Below the pieces are notes generated by a model. The model was not told the DNA's origin and searched no databases. It was given only the letters and a program-made list of their open reading frames with translations. The translations under genes were made by a program, and so were the position numbers. From a virus (Duplodnaviria; Heunggongvirae; Uroviricota; Caudoviricetes): 64,000 nt of DNA. Below, piece after piece: positions 10,445-20,114 of this stretch. Where the stretch lies: IMG/VR virus record IMGVR_UViG_3300043467_001216, one strand, 5' to 3'. Every line of letters begins with the position of its first letter. Position 1 is the first letter of the stretch.

Positions 10445-11164
10445 ATGAAATTTGGAATATTAAAATCAAAAATAGAAAATGTTTTATTAGAATCTTATAA
10501 AGATGGTTCATTTAAAAACGAACTTAAAACATTTAAAAAATTAGTGTTAGAAAATAAAAACATCAATAGACTATTCTACATATATGATGATTTAAGTTCT
10601 AATAAAGGTTTAACTAATGAAGTTGCCGGTGACTACATAAATGAAATGGTAACTCTTTACGAAAACACCATTAATAAAATTATTCCTACTGACTTGAAAA
10701 AAATTAAAGATTGGGTGAATAATTCTTCTGTGGTTAAAAATAACTACGAAGTTATTGATAACTTACTAAGTGGTGGAGTTTTAAACTTAGAGTCAAAAAT
10801 TAATAGTAAAAAAATTATTACTGAAACTATAACTAAAAAATCTGTAACTGAGAAAGAAGTTGTTAATGTTCCGTTGAGTACTATGGTAACAATGGCAAAC
10901 AAAACAATTAATAGTTATATTGATAGTTTAAATGAATCGGATAAAAAAGAATTTAACCAAATGTTATCTGTTGATGACTCTGAGTTAGAATCAAAGTATT
11001 CATCTATTAAAGAAAGTGTGGTTGAAAAATTACAAACGTTGTATAATCAAAACCACGATAGACCAACAAGAAACTCAATTAATGAGACAATTGAAAAGAT
11101 TTCATCTGAAAAATACGATAAATTAAATTACTATAAATTAAAAAGTTTACACGACAACCTTTAG
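10445..11164 (+). CDS. Hypothetical head-module protein
   Basis: 239 aa between portal and protease, several LxE/IxE sites, TATTTAT upstream. Confidence 0.65.
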   Translation: MKFGILKSKIENVLLESYKDGSFKNELKTFKKLVLENKNINRLFYIYDDLSSNKGLTNEVAGDYINEMVTLYENTINKIIPTDLKKIKDWVNNSSVVKNNYEVIDNLLSGGVLNLESKINSKKIITETITKKSVTEKEVVNVPLSTMVTMANKTINSYIDSLNESDKKEFNQMLSVDDSELESKYSSIKESVVEKLQTLYNQNHDRPTRNSINETIEKISSEKYDKLNYYKLKSLHDNL

Positions 11165-11355
11165 TCGTTATTTGATTTAAAGTTTTTCTGAACGTGTTTA
11201 GCCTTGCTAAGCACGTTTCTTTTTATTACAGAAGGTTTAACAAACACTTTACGGTTAACCAATTCAGACATTTGTCTTGTTTTAATTACTTTACTCTTAT
11301 ATTCTTTAAGGGCTTTTTCGATATTTTTATCTTTATTTACTTTTACTACAATCAT
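11161..11355 (-). CDS. rpsU: Ribosomal protein bS21 (phage-encoded)
   Basis: 64 aa, basic: NIEKALKEYKSK...LVNRKVFVKPSVIKR...KAKHVQ. Colinear with Bacteroidota bS21. Confidence 0.9.
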   Translation of the reverse strand: MIVVKVNKDKNIEKALKEYKSKVIKTRQMSELVNRKVFVKPSVIKRNVLSKAKHVQKNFKSNND

Positions 11356-11383
11356 ATTAAAAAAATGTGGATTTATTGTTTTT

Positions 11384-11412
11384 TTGACTATTAATGTAAA
11401 TATACTTACATT
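11384..11412 (+). promoter_or_regulatory. Host-sigma-like promoter TTGACT-N17-TACATT overlapping an AATGTAA-N6-TTACATT inverted repeat
   Basis: Seen in the divergent bS21 / ORF 11446 intergenic region. Confidence 0.45.
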
Positions 11413-11445
11413 TATTAAAAATAAACTGTTTCACGATGAAAAATA

Positions 11446-11919
11446 ATGAAAAAAGGGAAAACCTCCAAAATCCAAGGATTTAAAACTGCGAAAGTTTTAT
11501 TTGGTACAGTTGATTCTGTTAATCTAAAATCAATATATCTTAACATTCAAACTTGGGTAGAACCAAAAAAAGACGTAGAAAATTGGTCGAGAGTCGTCTT
11601 AAACTTGAGTAGGTCAATTAAACACTCAATTTACGATAAAGTAAAAAATTCATTTTTTGATGATAAATTCATAGTTGACTTAGATTTAAGGTCAAGCGGG
11701 TTATCACTAAATAAAAAATCATTTATGAATTTAGAAATTAATTTCTTCCTTAAAGATAATATCCCATTAACGTTTAAAGATACCGAAATTAAAGATTTCT
11801 TAAAAAATATCACAACTAAAATATTTCAAGATAATTTAAAAAATAACCAATATTTTAAGTTTTATCTTTCTAAAACAAATAAACCAATCAATAAAACTGT
11901 CAAAACCGAAAATATTTAA
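11446..11919 (+). CDS. Hypothetical protein
   Basis: 157-aa basic ORF. Confidence 0.7.
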   Translation: MKKGKTSKIQGFKTAKVLFGTVDSVNLKSIYLNIQTWVEPKKDVENWSRVVLNLSRSIKHSIYDKVKNSFFDDKFIVDLDLRSSGLSLNKKSFMNLEINFFLKDNIPLTFKDTEIKDFLKNITTKIFQDNLKNNQYFKFYLSKTNKPINKTVKTENI

Positions 11920-11940
11920 TATTTATTGTTAAACGAAACA

Positions 11941-12660
11941 ATGAATTTAAAAATATTAAAACCATATGAGTTGGGTAAAGGTATCTTAATCGAACAAGAT
12001 GCCGGATATATTTCCCCAACAACAGAACACAATAAATACATAATGGAGTCTACTAATTTTTTAGACCATTCAAAACCATTTGAATTTTATGCCGTTCTAC
12101 AAAAATACGACACACCAAATAGAAATGGTCGTGTGTATCCTGAAAAGATTTTAAAACGAGAATCTGAAAATTATAAAAAAATGATTGATAAGGGTGTTTC
12201 ATTATCAGAATTGAATCACCCCGAATCATCATTAATTGATTTAGACCGAGTATCTCACATCATCACTAAGATATGGTGGGAAGGTAATGTATTAATGGGT
12301 GTATTAAGATTACTTACAAGTCCAGGTTTCCACGAAAGAGGTATTGTATCAACTAAAGGTGATATGGCGGCAAACTACCTAAGACAAGGTGTTACGTTAG
12401 GTATATCGTCAAGAGGTGTTGGTTCACTTAAAAAAGTAGGAGAACAAAATGAAGTTCAAGATGATTTTGAGTTAATTTGTTTTGACTTAGTATCTTCACC
12501 ATCAACACCTGGAGCTTATTTATTCTTAGACCCAAATGATAGAATGAAATTTGATGAAAACATTGAAGAAGAAAAACAATCAAGACAAGAATTAAATGTT
12601 AAAGATAGTAAAGAAGTTGACCTTATGAATAAATTAAACGCATATTTGGGTAAGAGATAA
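11941..12660 (+). CDS. Prohead core protease (T4 gp21-like)
   Basis: NRNGRVY, ELNHP, GISSRGVGS, FDLVSSPSTPGAY. ATG at 11941 preferred over TTG at 11926 because a TATTTAT motif covers 11920-11926. Confidence 0.93.
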   Translation: MNLKILKPYELGKGILIEQDAGYISPTTEHNKYIMESTNFLDHSKPFEFYAVLQKYDTPNRNGRVYPEKILKRESENYKKMIDKGVSLSELNHPESSLIDLDRVSHIITKIWWEGNVLMGVLRLLTSPGFHERGIVSTKGDMAANYLRQGVTLGISSRGVGSLKKVGEQNEVQDDFELICFDLVSSPSTPGAYLFLDPNDRMKFDENIEEEKQSRQELNVKDSKEVDLMNKLNAYLGKR

Positions 12661-12722
12661 TTTTCACTTGACTTATTGAAAATATTGAACGATTATTTGG
12701 TAAATAGAAAAATTAATTTAAT

Positions 12723-12938
12723 ATGGAACAAGGAGAAAAGTATTTTGTGGCAAAAATTAGTTCTGATTTATTAGACACTGAATCAGGAAAAGTTAAAAAA
12801 ATGAGAGAAGAAAAATTAGTTCTTGGTTATACACCAACTGACGTTGAAGCCAAAGTCACTAAACTTTACGAAAACTATACTATGGATTGGAGAATCACAG
12901 GGATAGTTGAGAGTAAAATAGATGAAGTTATCGAATAA
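12723..12938 (+). CDS. DUF4494-like small protein
   Basis: F..KI.....E.GKVKK..E..LV....T..EA pattern resembles Bacteroidota DUF4494. Confidence 0.5.
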   Translation: MEQGEKYFVAKISSDLLDTESGKVKKMREEKLVLGYTPTDVEAKVTKLYENYTMDWRITGIVESKIDEVIE

Positions 12939-12963
12939 TTTAACTTAAAAATAATACCATTTT

Positions 12964-12997
12964 AAAAGGGGGAGACATTAGTCTTCCCTTTTTTTTT
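12964..12997 (+). terminator. Intrinsic terminator
   Basis: aaaagggggagac-atta-gtcttcccttttttttt. Confidence 0.85.
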
Positions 12998-13105
12998 CAC
13001 TAAAAATTCATTAATAGTTAATTTATTTTACATTGTCAATCTTAAAAATTAGTTTTTTTTAAATTTCTTAATATTTATTTAGAAATAAATGAAACATTTT
13101 TTTAA

Positions 13106-14584
13106 ATGGCAAAAGAAAAAACATTAGTTGAAGAGACTTTTATCCAAATGAAGAATTTGGAAGAAGCCGTTGCACAAAACGCAAAGGGAATACTTGCATC
13201 TACAATGAAGCAAGAAATCAAAGACTTAGTAAAAGAATCTCTATTCGAACAAGAAGAAGATGAGGTTGAAATGGATGCTGATGTGGAAGATTCTGAAATG
13301 GAATTGGACGCAGACGTTGATAATCTTGAAGGTGATGAAGACCTAAGTATGGGTGATGACGAATTTTCTATGGACGACGAAGAAATGGACGACGAAGAAC
13401 CAATTGATTTGACAGGTGACGATGTTACTGACGAAGAGGTTCTAAAAGTATTCCAATTGATGGGTCCTGAAGATGAAGTTATTGTAACTAAAAATACTGA
13501 CGGTAACATTAACTTAAAAGATACAAAAACAAGTAAAGAGTATATGATTGTACAAGAATCGGAAGAAGAATTCGAAAATGAAGAAATGTTCGAATGGGAA
13601 GATTTAGACGAAGAAGAATTTGATGAGGATGAATTAAGTCCTGACGATATTTTCGAAACTGATGATTACGATGGTTTAGCTGAAGAAGATGATGATTTAG
13701 AATCTGAGGTTGACAAAGTATTTAATGATGTTTTCGAACAATCATCTGCTGACCAATGGGAAAATGAAGAAATAGATGAAGACGATAGTTTAATGTATGA
13801 ACTTGAATTAGATGATACTGACGTACCTATGGATGAATTAGAGGAAGATGAATATATGGTTGACGAAATGGATGACTTATATGAATCTAAATCATTCAAA
13901 GCTAAAGGTAAAGGTCTTGGTTCACCTAACAAATTTAAGTATTCTTCAAAACCTAACCAAGAAGGTGGGTTTAAAACTGTTAAGAAATCACCTAACAAAA
14001 CTATGGGTACAGGAAAAGCTAAATTTACTTACAAAGATGGTGAAAATTTAGATGGTGAGTTTAAAATAAATCCTAAGAAAAAAGTTGAGGCTAATGAAGC
14101 GTCAAGAACATTAGGTGCTGGAAAAAGATTTGGTAAAAATAGTTTAGACAAACCTAAAGCAGCTCCAAGACATCTAAGAAAAGAATCTGTTGATGGTGAG
14201 TTAAATTTATTGAGAGAAAAGAATAACGAATACAGAAACGCATTAAACGTATTTAGAGATAAGTTGAATGAAGTTGCGGTGTTTAACTCAAACTTAGCAT
14301 ATGCTACTCGTTTGTTTACTGAACATACAACAACTAAACAAGAAAAAATCAACATATTACAACGTTTTGATTCTGTTGAAACTATTAAAGAATCTAAAAA
14401 CTTATATCAAACAATAAAACAAGAATTAAATAAAGATAATTCTTCAAAACCAATTAACGAATCAATTGAGAGAAATTTTGACAATTCACCTTCTACAGGG
14501 TCAGCAATTAACTTAATTGAATCAAAAACTTATGAAAATCCACAATTCTTACGAATGAGAGATTTGATGAGTAAACTTAAATAA
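13106..14584 (+). CDS. Prohead scaffold/core protein (gp22-like)
   Basis: Very acidic, with a C-terminal coiled coil (LNEVAVFNSNLAYATRLF), immediately upstream of the MCP. Confidence 0.8.
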   Translation: MAKEKTLVEETFIQMKNLEEAVAQNAKGILASTMKQEIKDLVKESLFEQEEDEVEMDADVEDSEMELDADVDNLEGDEDLSMGDDEFSMDDEEMDDEEPIDLTGDDVTDEEVLKVFQLMGPEDEVIVTKNTDGNINLKDTKTSKEYMIVQESEEEFENEEMFEWEDLDEEEFDEDELSPDDIFETDDYDGLAEEDDDLESEVDKVFNDVFEQSSADQWENEEIDEDDSLMYELELDDTDVPMDELEEDEYMVDEMDDLYESKSFKAKGKGLGSPNKFKYSSKPNQEGGFKTVKKSPNKTMGTGKAKFTYKDGENLDGEFKINPKKKVEANEASRTLGAGKRFGKNSLDKPKAAPRHLRKESVDGELNLLREKNNEYRNALNVFRDKLNEVAVFNSNLAYATRLFTEHTTTKQEKINILQRFDSVETIKESKNLYQTIKQELNKDNSSKPINESIERNFDNSPSTGSAINLIESKTYENPQFLRMRDLMSKLK

Positions 14585-14616
14585 AAAATAAACTAAAAAC
14601 AAATAAAAAAAAAACA

Positions 14617-16428
14617 ATGGGTGCATTATTAGAATCAGGTCTTGTTGGTAACATCGGATTAAAACATTTAAAAGTTATCAAAGAAGACACTATTAATAAA
14701 TGGGATAAATTAGGTTTCCTAGACGATTTAAAAGGACACTTAAAAGAAAACGTAGCTCAATTATATGAAAACCAAGCGTCTTTCTTAATTAATGAGGCTA
14801 CTGCAGAAGGTTCAAACGGAGCGTTTGAAACTGTAGTTTTCCCAATCGTAAGACGTGTGTTCTCTAAATTATTAGCGAACGACATCGTATCAGTACAAGC
14901 AATGAACTTACCAATCGGTAAATTGTTCTACTTCGTACCTAAAATCCAAGGATATAACACAAACAACGAACATTTCGCTCCTGTAGGTGCTCCTAACGGT
15001 GCTAACGTTGGTGATGGTTATGGTGCTGGTAGTACTTATGCTAACCAAAACTTGTATGACTTATTCTACGAAGGTTCTGAACCAGGATTAAATCCAGCAG
15101 GTTTATTCGACTATTCTAAAGGACAATTCACAGCAGTAACTGCGTCAACAAGAGTTCAAGTTTGGAATGGTTCTAATTTAGTTGATGAAACAACAGAATT
15201 AGATGGTGAAACTGTAAGAAAAGTTATCATCAAAGTTTCAGGTTTCTCTAACGTTGGTGCTGGTAAATTAATCGGTCCTGATGGACAAGAAATGGATACT
15301 GAAACTTTCTTATCTGATTTAGTTGTAACTAAAGGTGCTGGTTTATCAATTACCGCAACTTCAGCTTGTGAAGTAGCGTCTAACACACCATTATTGTTTA
15401 GAGTTGTGACTCAACAATACGGTAAAGGAATCGTTCAATACGGTGAAAGAAGAAACACTACATTTGGTGCCGCTCAATCAAACACAGGTGGTGGTTCGTT
15501 CCAAGATATTTGTGATGCTGAAGGTTTCATCTATTTAGAAGTTGATTTATCTTGTCCGGCTTGTGTTGGATGTGGTGCTGACACTTTAGATGGTTATACA
15601 GGTACAACAATTACATCAGCAGGAACTGAAAACTCTTTCGTGGCAATTTACAAAAGATATAAAGAATTAGAATTCGAAGACAAAATTGGTGAGGTTTCTT
15701 TCGATTTAGAATCAGTAACTGTTTCTGTAACTGAAAGAAAATTAAGAGCACAATGGTCTCCTGAATTAGCTCAAGACGTTGCTGCTTTCCATAACATTGA
15801 TGCTGAAGCTGAATTAACAGCTTTATTGTCAGAACAAGTTGCGGCTGAAATCGACCGTGAAATTTTACGTGACTTACGTAAAGGGGCGGCTTGGAACCTA
15901 CGTTGGGATTACAACGGATGGAGAAGAATTAACGGTTTAACTACATCTTATACTCAAAAAGATTGGAACCAAACGTTGATTACTGCGATTAACCAATTAT
16001 CAGCACAAATTCACAAATCAACATTAAGAGGTGGGGCTAACTGGATTGTTGTTTCTTCTGAAGTTTCAGCTATCTTTGACGATTTAGAATACTTCCACGT
16101 ATCTAACGCGTCTCCTGAGCAAGACCAATACAATATGGGTATTGAAAGAGTTGGTACATTAGCTGGTCGTTACCAAGTTTACCGTGACCCTTACTTCCCA
16201 CCAAACACAGTATTGTTGGGTCATAAAGGAACGTCATTGTTAGACACAGGTTACATCTACGCACCGTATGTACCTCTACAATTAACTCCAACAATGTATA
16301 ACCCATTCAACTTTACACCTATCAAAGGTATAATGACGAGATACGCTAAGAAAATGGTTAACAACCGTTTCTACGCGAGAATCACAGTTGATGGTGTTCG
16401 TACATTTGACTTGAGAGAATTGAGATAA
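14617..16428 (+). CDS. Major capsid protein (T4 gp23-like)
   Basis: VSVQAMNLPIG, RKLRAQWSPELAQD, AEAELTALLSEQVAAEIDREI, YAPYVPL, FTPIKGIMTRYA. Confidence 0.97.
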   Translation: MGALLESGLVGNIGLKHLKVIKEDTINKWDKLGFLDDLKGHLKENVAQLYENQASFLINEATAEGSNGAFETVVFPIVRRVFSKLLANDIVSVQAMNLPIGKLFYFVPKIQGYNTNNEHFAPVGAPNGANVGDGYGAGSTYANQNLYDLFYEGSEPGLNPAGLFDYSKGQFTAVTASTRVQVWNGSNLVDETTELDGETVRKVIIKVSGFSNVGAGKLIGPDGQEMDTETFLSDLVVTKGAGLSITATSACEVASNTPLLFRVVTQQYGKGIVQYGERRNTTFGAAQSNTGGGSFQDICDAEGFIYLEVDLSCPACVGCGADTLDGYTGTTITSAGTENSFVAIYKRYKELEFEDKIGEVSFDLESVTVSVTERKLRAQWSPELAQDVAAFHNIDAEAELTALLSEQVAAEIDREILRDLRKGAAWNLRWDYNGWRRINGLTTSYTQKDWNQTLITAINQLSAQIHKSTLRGGANWIVVSSEVSAIFDDLEYFHVSNASPEQDQYNMGIERVGTLAGRYQVYRDPYFPPNTVLLGHKGTSLLDTGYIYAPYVPLQLTPTMYNPFNFTPIKGIMTRYAKKMVNNRFYARITVDGVRTFDLRELR

Positions 16429-16446
16429 TCAATAATTTCATAATAT

Positions 16447-16474
16447 AAAAAGGGACTTTAATAGTCCCTTTTTT
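16447..16474 (+). terminator. Intrinsic terminator after MCP
   Basis: aaaaagggact-ttaat-agtccctttttt. Confidence 0.85.
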
Positions 16475-16504
16475 ATTTTAACGATATTTATAAATAAAAA
16501 AAAT

Positions 16505-17185
16505 ATGAGAAATTTTAACATCACCGATGAAGAAAGACAATCTATATTAAGATTACACGAAACTTCAACAAAAAAACAATATTTAAATGTTATTTCAGAA
16601 CAAACAGGTACTGCACTTGATAGTTTAGGTAAATTACCGACAAGTACAATTCAAGCACCTCAATCTAAAGTTCCGGCAACACAACAACCAACAACTAATG
16701 CAACTTTAAAAGATGTTCAGTCTTTGCTAATCACTTTAGGGTACAAAATTAGTAAAGATGGTACTGTTGATGGTAAATTAGGTCCATTAACATTAAACGC
16801 ACTAATGACAGCATTAAAATCTGCAACACCAAATGCTGCACCAAATACAACACCAAAAGACGGTCAAACACCGGGTGGCGTTAATGTTGTTGACGAATTA
16901 ATGAAAATCCCTGAAGTTAAAGCAATAGCTGATAAATTAAAAGCTGCAAATATTGATTTATCAAAAATGACGCCAGAACAAATACTTCCAAAAGTTCAAG
17001 AATTGGCTGGTGATATTTTAAAAGCTAACCCAAATTTAATAAATACGGTTAAAACTCAGATTGAGACTTTAATGAATATTAAATTACCTGACTTAACAAA
17101 TGTATCTGCAAGTACACCGGGTAACGCACCTGTTGTTGATGCTAACCAAGAACAAAAAGGTCGTGACGTTCTTTCAAAATTTTAA
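16505..17185 (+). CDS. Peptidoglycan-binding-domain protein with N-terminal leader
   Basis: LKDVQSLLITLGY...VDGKLGPLTLNAL matches PG_binding_1; leader ITDEERQSILRLHE...VISE. Confidence 0.7.
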   Translation: MRNFNITDEERQSILRLHETSTKKQYLNVISEQTGTALDSLGKLPTSTIQAPQSKVPATQQPTTNATLKDVQSLLITLGYKISKDGTVDGKLGPLTLNALMTALKSATPNAAPNTTPKDGQTPGGVNVVDELMKIPEVKAIADKLKAANIDLSKMTPEQILPKVQELAGDILKANPNLINTVKTQIETLMNIKLPDLTNVSASTPGNAPVVDANQEQKGRDVLSKF

Positions 17186-17415
17186 TTAGAATCTGATGAG
17201 GTTGTTTCGGTATTATTCAATACACGAATTGATTTAGAAAGGACTTCAGATTCACCCAATGAATACATCCCATTATGATAGGCTAAATTAACTGCGTGTG
17301 TTAAATAATATATCGCAGTTTCTTTAGTCATAGTGTTTAATAACACATCAATGTGGGTCTCATCCATCAAAGGTATCACATTAAATAATTTACCATATAT
17401 TTCTTGTTCTTCCAT
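17182..17415 (-). CDS. Hypothetical protein
   Basis: 77-aa ORF convergent with 16505. Confidence 0.6.
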   Translation of the reverse strand: MEEQEIYGKLFNVIPLMDETHIDVLLNTMTKETAIYYLTHAVNLAYHNGMYSLGESEVLSKSIRVLNNTETTSSDSN

Positions 17416-17434
17416 AATTTAATATTTATATATA

Positions 17435-17863
17435 ATGAATAGTAAAAAAAAACATATAAGTGAAGCAACTTCTGATAGTTCAGGTGGTAGGGGTTCGTAT
17501 ATCGCACCTTTACAATTGGGGTTGAGACCATTTAAAAAAAATACACTAGCCCCATTTACTGATGAAATATCTGATTATGATAGTCCATTATTACAATACG
17601 ATAGTTATGATGGTAAAATGGATTTGAGAAGGTCTCAAATAAAAAAGATTGAGTCACAAGCAAAGAAAGTTACCGACTACATTAAGAAACATCCTGAATC
17701 AACATTTAGTGATGAAGATGGTAATGTTATTAATCAATACCCTAAAGGTAAAAATAAAAAAGGTATCGTACCTATTAAAGAAAATTACAATAAAAAAATA
17801 ATCAGATTAAGTGAAAATCAATTATTAAAGATTATTAAGGAAATTATTAAAGAGATAATATAA
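17435..17863 (+). CDS. Hypothetical protein with C-terminal 'IRLSENQLLKIIKEII' motif
   Basis: 142 aa, TATTTAT at 17423. Confidence 0.65.
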   Translation: MNSKKKHISEATSDSSGGRGSYIAPLQLGLRPFKKNTLAPFTDEISDYDSPLLQYDSYDGKMDLRRSQIKKIESQAKKVTDYIKKHPESTFSDEDGNVINQYPKGKNKKGIVPIKENYNKKIIRLSENQLLKIIKEIIKEII

Positions 17864-17892
17864 AAAAACCCCATCTAAACAGTGGGGTTTTT
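17862..17892. terminator. Bidirectional intrinsic terminator
   Basis: aaaaaaacccca-tctaaacag-tggggttttt between convergent genes. Confidence 0.8.
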
Positions 17893-17894
17893 AA

Positions 17895-18308
17895 TTATAT
17901 CTTCTCAGAAATTTTATGTAGTATTGTTGATAATGACACCATAATTTGAGACATCATTTCGTTTTCAAACTCATTTCTAATTTCTTCCGTTTTATTATCG
18001 TACATATGTACCATTCTATCAAAATCTCTTTGATTTAAAATAACGTCATAATGATATATGTGATTTGTTATAGTAATTTTTTTATCATCTAATATTATAA
18101 AGACTTTTAACACTTCATTTTTAATATAACGTTTTCCTGACAGTGGAGCTATTAAAAACTTAGAGTGTGGGTTGTTTATCATCTTATAACAGATAGACTT
18201 ACAAATCCTCTCATTTTGTGTATTTTCGAGGGTTTGATTAGATGAGTACCTAATATGTCTTAGGTATTTCGCATACAATCGTTTAATAAATCGTTTAATG
18301 TAGTTCAT
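17895..18308 (-). CDS. Hypothetical protein
   Basis: 137-aa ORF. Confidence 0.7.
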   Translation of the reverse strand: MNYIKRFIKRLYAKYLRHIRYSSNQTLENTQNERICKSICYKMINNPHSKFLIAPLSGKRYIKNEVLKVFIILDDKKITITNHIYHYDVILNQRDFDRMVHMYDNKTEEIRNEFENEMMSQIMVSLSTILHKISEKI

Positions 18309-18329
18309 AATAGTATCTTTTATATACTA

Positions 18330-18360
18330 CAAACATAACGTTTTTTCAGATACAATTCAA
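18330..18360 (-). promoter_or_regulatory. Bacteroidota-type promoter (TTGAAT-N17-TATGTTTG, i.e. TAnnTTTG)
   Basis: Exact TAnnTTTG element with an upstream TTG on the minus strand, ahead of ORF 18308. Confidence 0.5.
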
Positions 18361-18396
18361 TAAAGTTAATCGAGAAAAAGTTGTTAAATTGTTAAC

Positions 18397-18425
18397 AAAA
18401 AAAGGGAGTTGTTAATAACTCCCTT
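18397..18425 (-). terminator. Intrinsic terminator (minus strand)
   Basis: aagggagtt-gttaat-aactccctt with an A-run on the left. Confidence 0.8.
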
Positions 18426-18448
18426 ATAATTAAATAATACAATTTTTA

Positions 18449-18616
18449 TTATGCGTTTAATCCGTTTTGACCACCTAACTCAATCATATTTAATTGAGTG
18501 ACAGTATTTCCTGATATACCATTATACACAGGATGTGGTGGTGTTATAGTTGCGGTATTACCACTACAATTAACTATACACACAATATTTTCAGTATTTG
18601 CACTTAAATTCGCCAT
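18449..18616 (-). CDS. Small 55-aa protein (missed by ORF track)
   Basis: MANLSANTENIVCIVNCSGNTATITPPHPVYNGISGNTVTQLNMIELGGQNGLNA*, with its own TATTTAT motif (18633-18639) and a downstream terminator. Confidence 0.75.
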   Translation of the reverse strand: MANLSANTENIVCIVNCSGNTATITPPHPVYNGISGNTVTQLNMIELGGQNGLNA

Positions 18617-18644
18617 TTTAATGTTTTTTATTATAAATATTAGT

Positions 18645-20093
18645 TTATTCTAAATATTTTATGTTAACTATCTGAAATTTGATTTGTTTTTTGTAAGTGT
18701 TTATTTCACCACTACTAATAACTTTCATATCAACATAATATTCGTTAGGTATTTTATCTCTAGTGTCGAATATAAAAAAATACTCATTAGGTGTTCGGTT
18801 AATTTTAGTCCAATCTTGAACCTCAACTTCGGTTTGACCTTCTCTCACATATATTCTATAATAAGCATCGACTTTTTGTAATAATTTTTGTTTTGTGAAC
18901 GCTTGTTTAATTATTACCCCCACTTTACGAATATCCGTGTTATAAATTTTTTCGTCTTGTTTTAAACCATAAAAATCAAATCCATATAATTTTGGGTCTG
19001 CGGATGAGGTTGAACCTATTTGAATTGAATTTTTAGTTGGATAAATTGTAAACTCATTTTGGATATCTAATATCGGGAATCCATTTAGATATAAACCACT
19101 CCATTTATCAAAAAACGTACAAGGTGTTTTATAACCAATTAAAGGCGGTATTGTAACTTCATATATCCCTTTAGTTTTTTTACACGTAGAAAGTGATGTT
19201 AAACCAGGTATAGGAGTGCCTGTTGAGTCACTAATAGTAACTGAGGGGTTAGAATCCAAGTTAGCTGGATTTCCATCGTCATATACATATAAATATAATT
19301 TGTTAGTTTTACCCAACGTGAATAAATTTCTATCATCTTCAATTAAATCATCATATGATGTCTCTAAGTAAGGTTCATAAAATGTTTGGGTATGTCTAGT
19401 GAAGAATTGAACTTCATAGTTTTCAGTCAAACCTGTTAGATTTTCTAATTGAGGTTTAAAAGCAATTCCCCAACCTGAAACGTTAGTTAAAGTCCCATCA
19501 AGAATTGAGTTTATTTCATTTGACATATCAAATGCAATGTTTTCATTTCCAAATTCGAAATGTTGAACATCAAGGATTGTTAAATCCGAATAATTAACAA
19601 CACCTGTACCTTTATTATTATAAATCCCTTGTTGACTCCAATTATCTAATGTTGTTCTTTGAAACCAATTTGTTGGTCTTATCGAATAATTTTTATCGTT
19701 AGCAATTTCATAGATTAAATCTGCGAAATCATAACCAACACCTTCATCCCAAAGTTGTGGTGATGGTATTCTAAATAACACTAAATCAAACGATGTTGCT
19801 CTTTGTCTACCTTGAGATGTACTTGTATTTAAGTAATCATTAAATGTTGAAGTATTAATCATTCTTAACGTGTGGGTTATATTACCACATTGGTCTGAAA
19901 TTGTACCATCTTGGTATTTTTCGATTAGTAAATCTAAGTCAAGGTCGAAAATAAAACGACTAAAACCATACGGATATTGTGTGTTTATTACTGACCCATA
20001 AAATAGTTCGGTAACAGGGTTTCTACCTGTATTCGTATAACTATTTGATATGATGGTGTTGTTCTTACTAAAATATGAATTATTTATTGACAT
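18645..20093 (-). CDS. Putative virion structural protein
   Basis: 482 aa, beta-rich, late motif upstream, next to the spike-like gene. Confidence 0.5.
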   Translation of the reverse strand: MSINNSYFSKNNTIISNSYTNTGRNPVTELFYGSVINTQYPYGFSRFIFDLDLDLLIEKYQDGTISDQCGNITHTLRMINTSTFNDYLNTSTSQGRQRATSFDLVLFRIPSPQLWDEGVGYDFADLIYEIANDKNYSIRPTNWFQRTTLDNWSQQGIYNNKGTGVVNYSDLTILDVQHFEFGNENIAFDMSNEINSILDGTLTNVSGWGIAFKPQLENLTGLTENYEVQFFTRHTQTFYEPYLETSYDDLIEDDRNLFTLGKTNKLYLYVYDDGNPANLDSNPSVTISDSTGTPIPGLTSLSTCKKTKGIYEVTIPPLIGYKTPCTFFDKWSGLYLNGFPILDIQNEFTIYPTKNSIQIGSTSSADPKLYGFDFYGLKQDEKIYNTDIRKVGVIIKQAFTKQKLLQKVDAYYRIYVREGQTEVEVQDWTKINRTPNEYFFIFDTRDKIPNEYYVDMKVISSGEINTYKKQIKFQIVNIKYLE

Positions 20094-20114
20094 CTTATCT
20101 TTTACATATAAATA

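Noticed and set aside
11194-11446. Plus-strand ORFs 11194..11394 and 11204..11446
   Set aside because: They overlap bS21 on the opposite strand and have no recognisable features.
12940-13105. tRNA or structured ncRNA in the longer intergenic gaps
   Set aside because: Only terminator hairpins and AT-rich promoter sequence are visible; no cloverleaf or T-loop motif was seen by eye (tRNAscan/Infernal not run).
2846-14355. Ser-rich antisense ORFs (2846, 3125, 10100, 13102, 13666, 14029 etc.)
   Set aside because: Antisense reflections of Glu/Asp-rich (GAA/GAT) head genes.
6790-16428. Introns or inteins in terminase, portal or MCP
   Set aside because: Frames are continuous, sizes are normal, and there are no C...HN splice motifs or homing endonuclease motifs.
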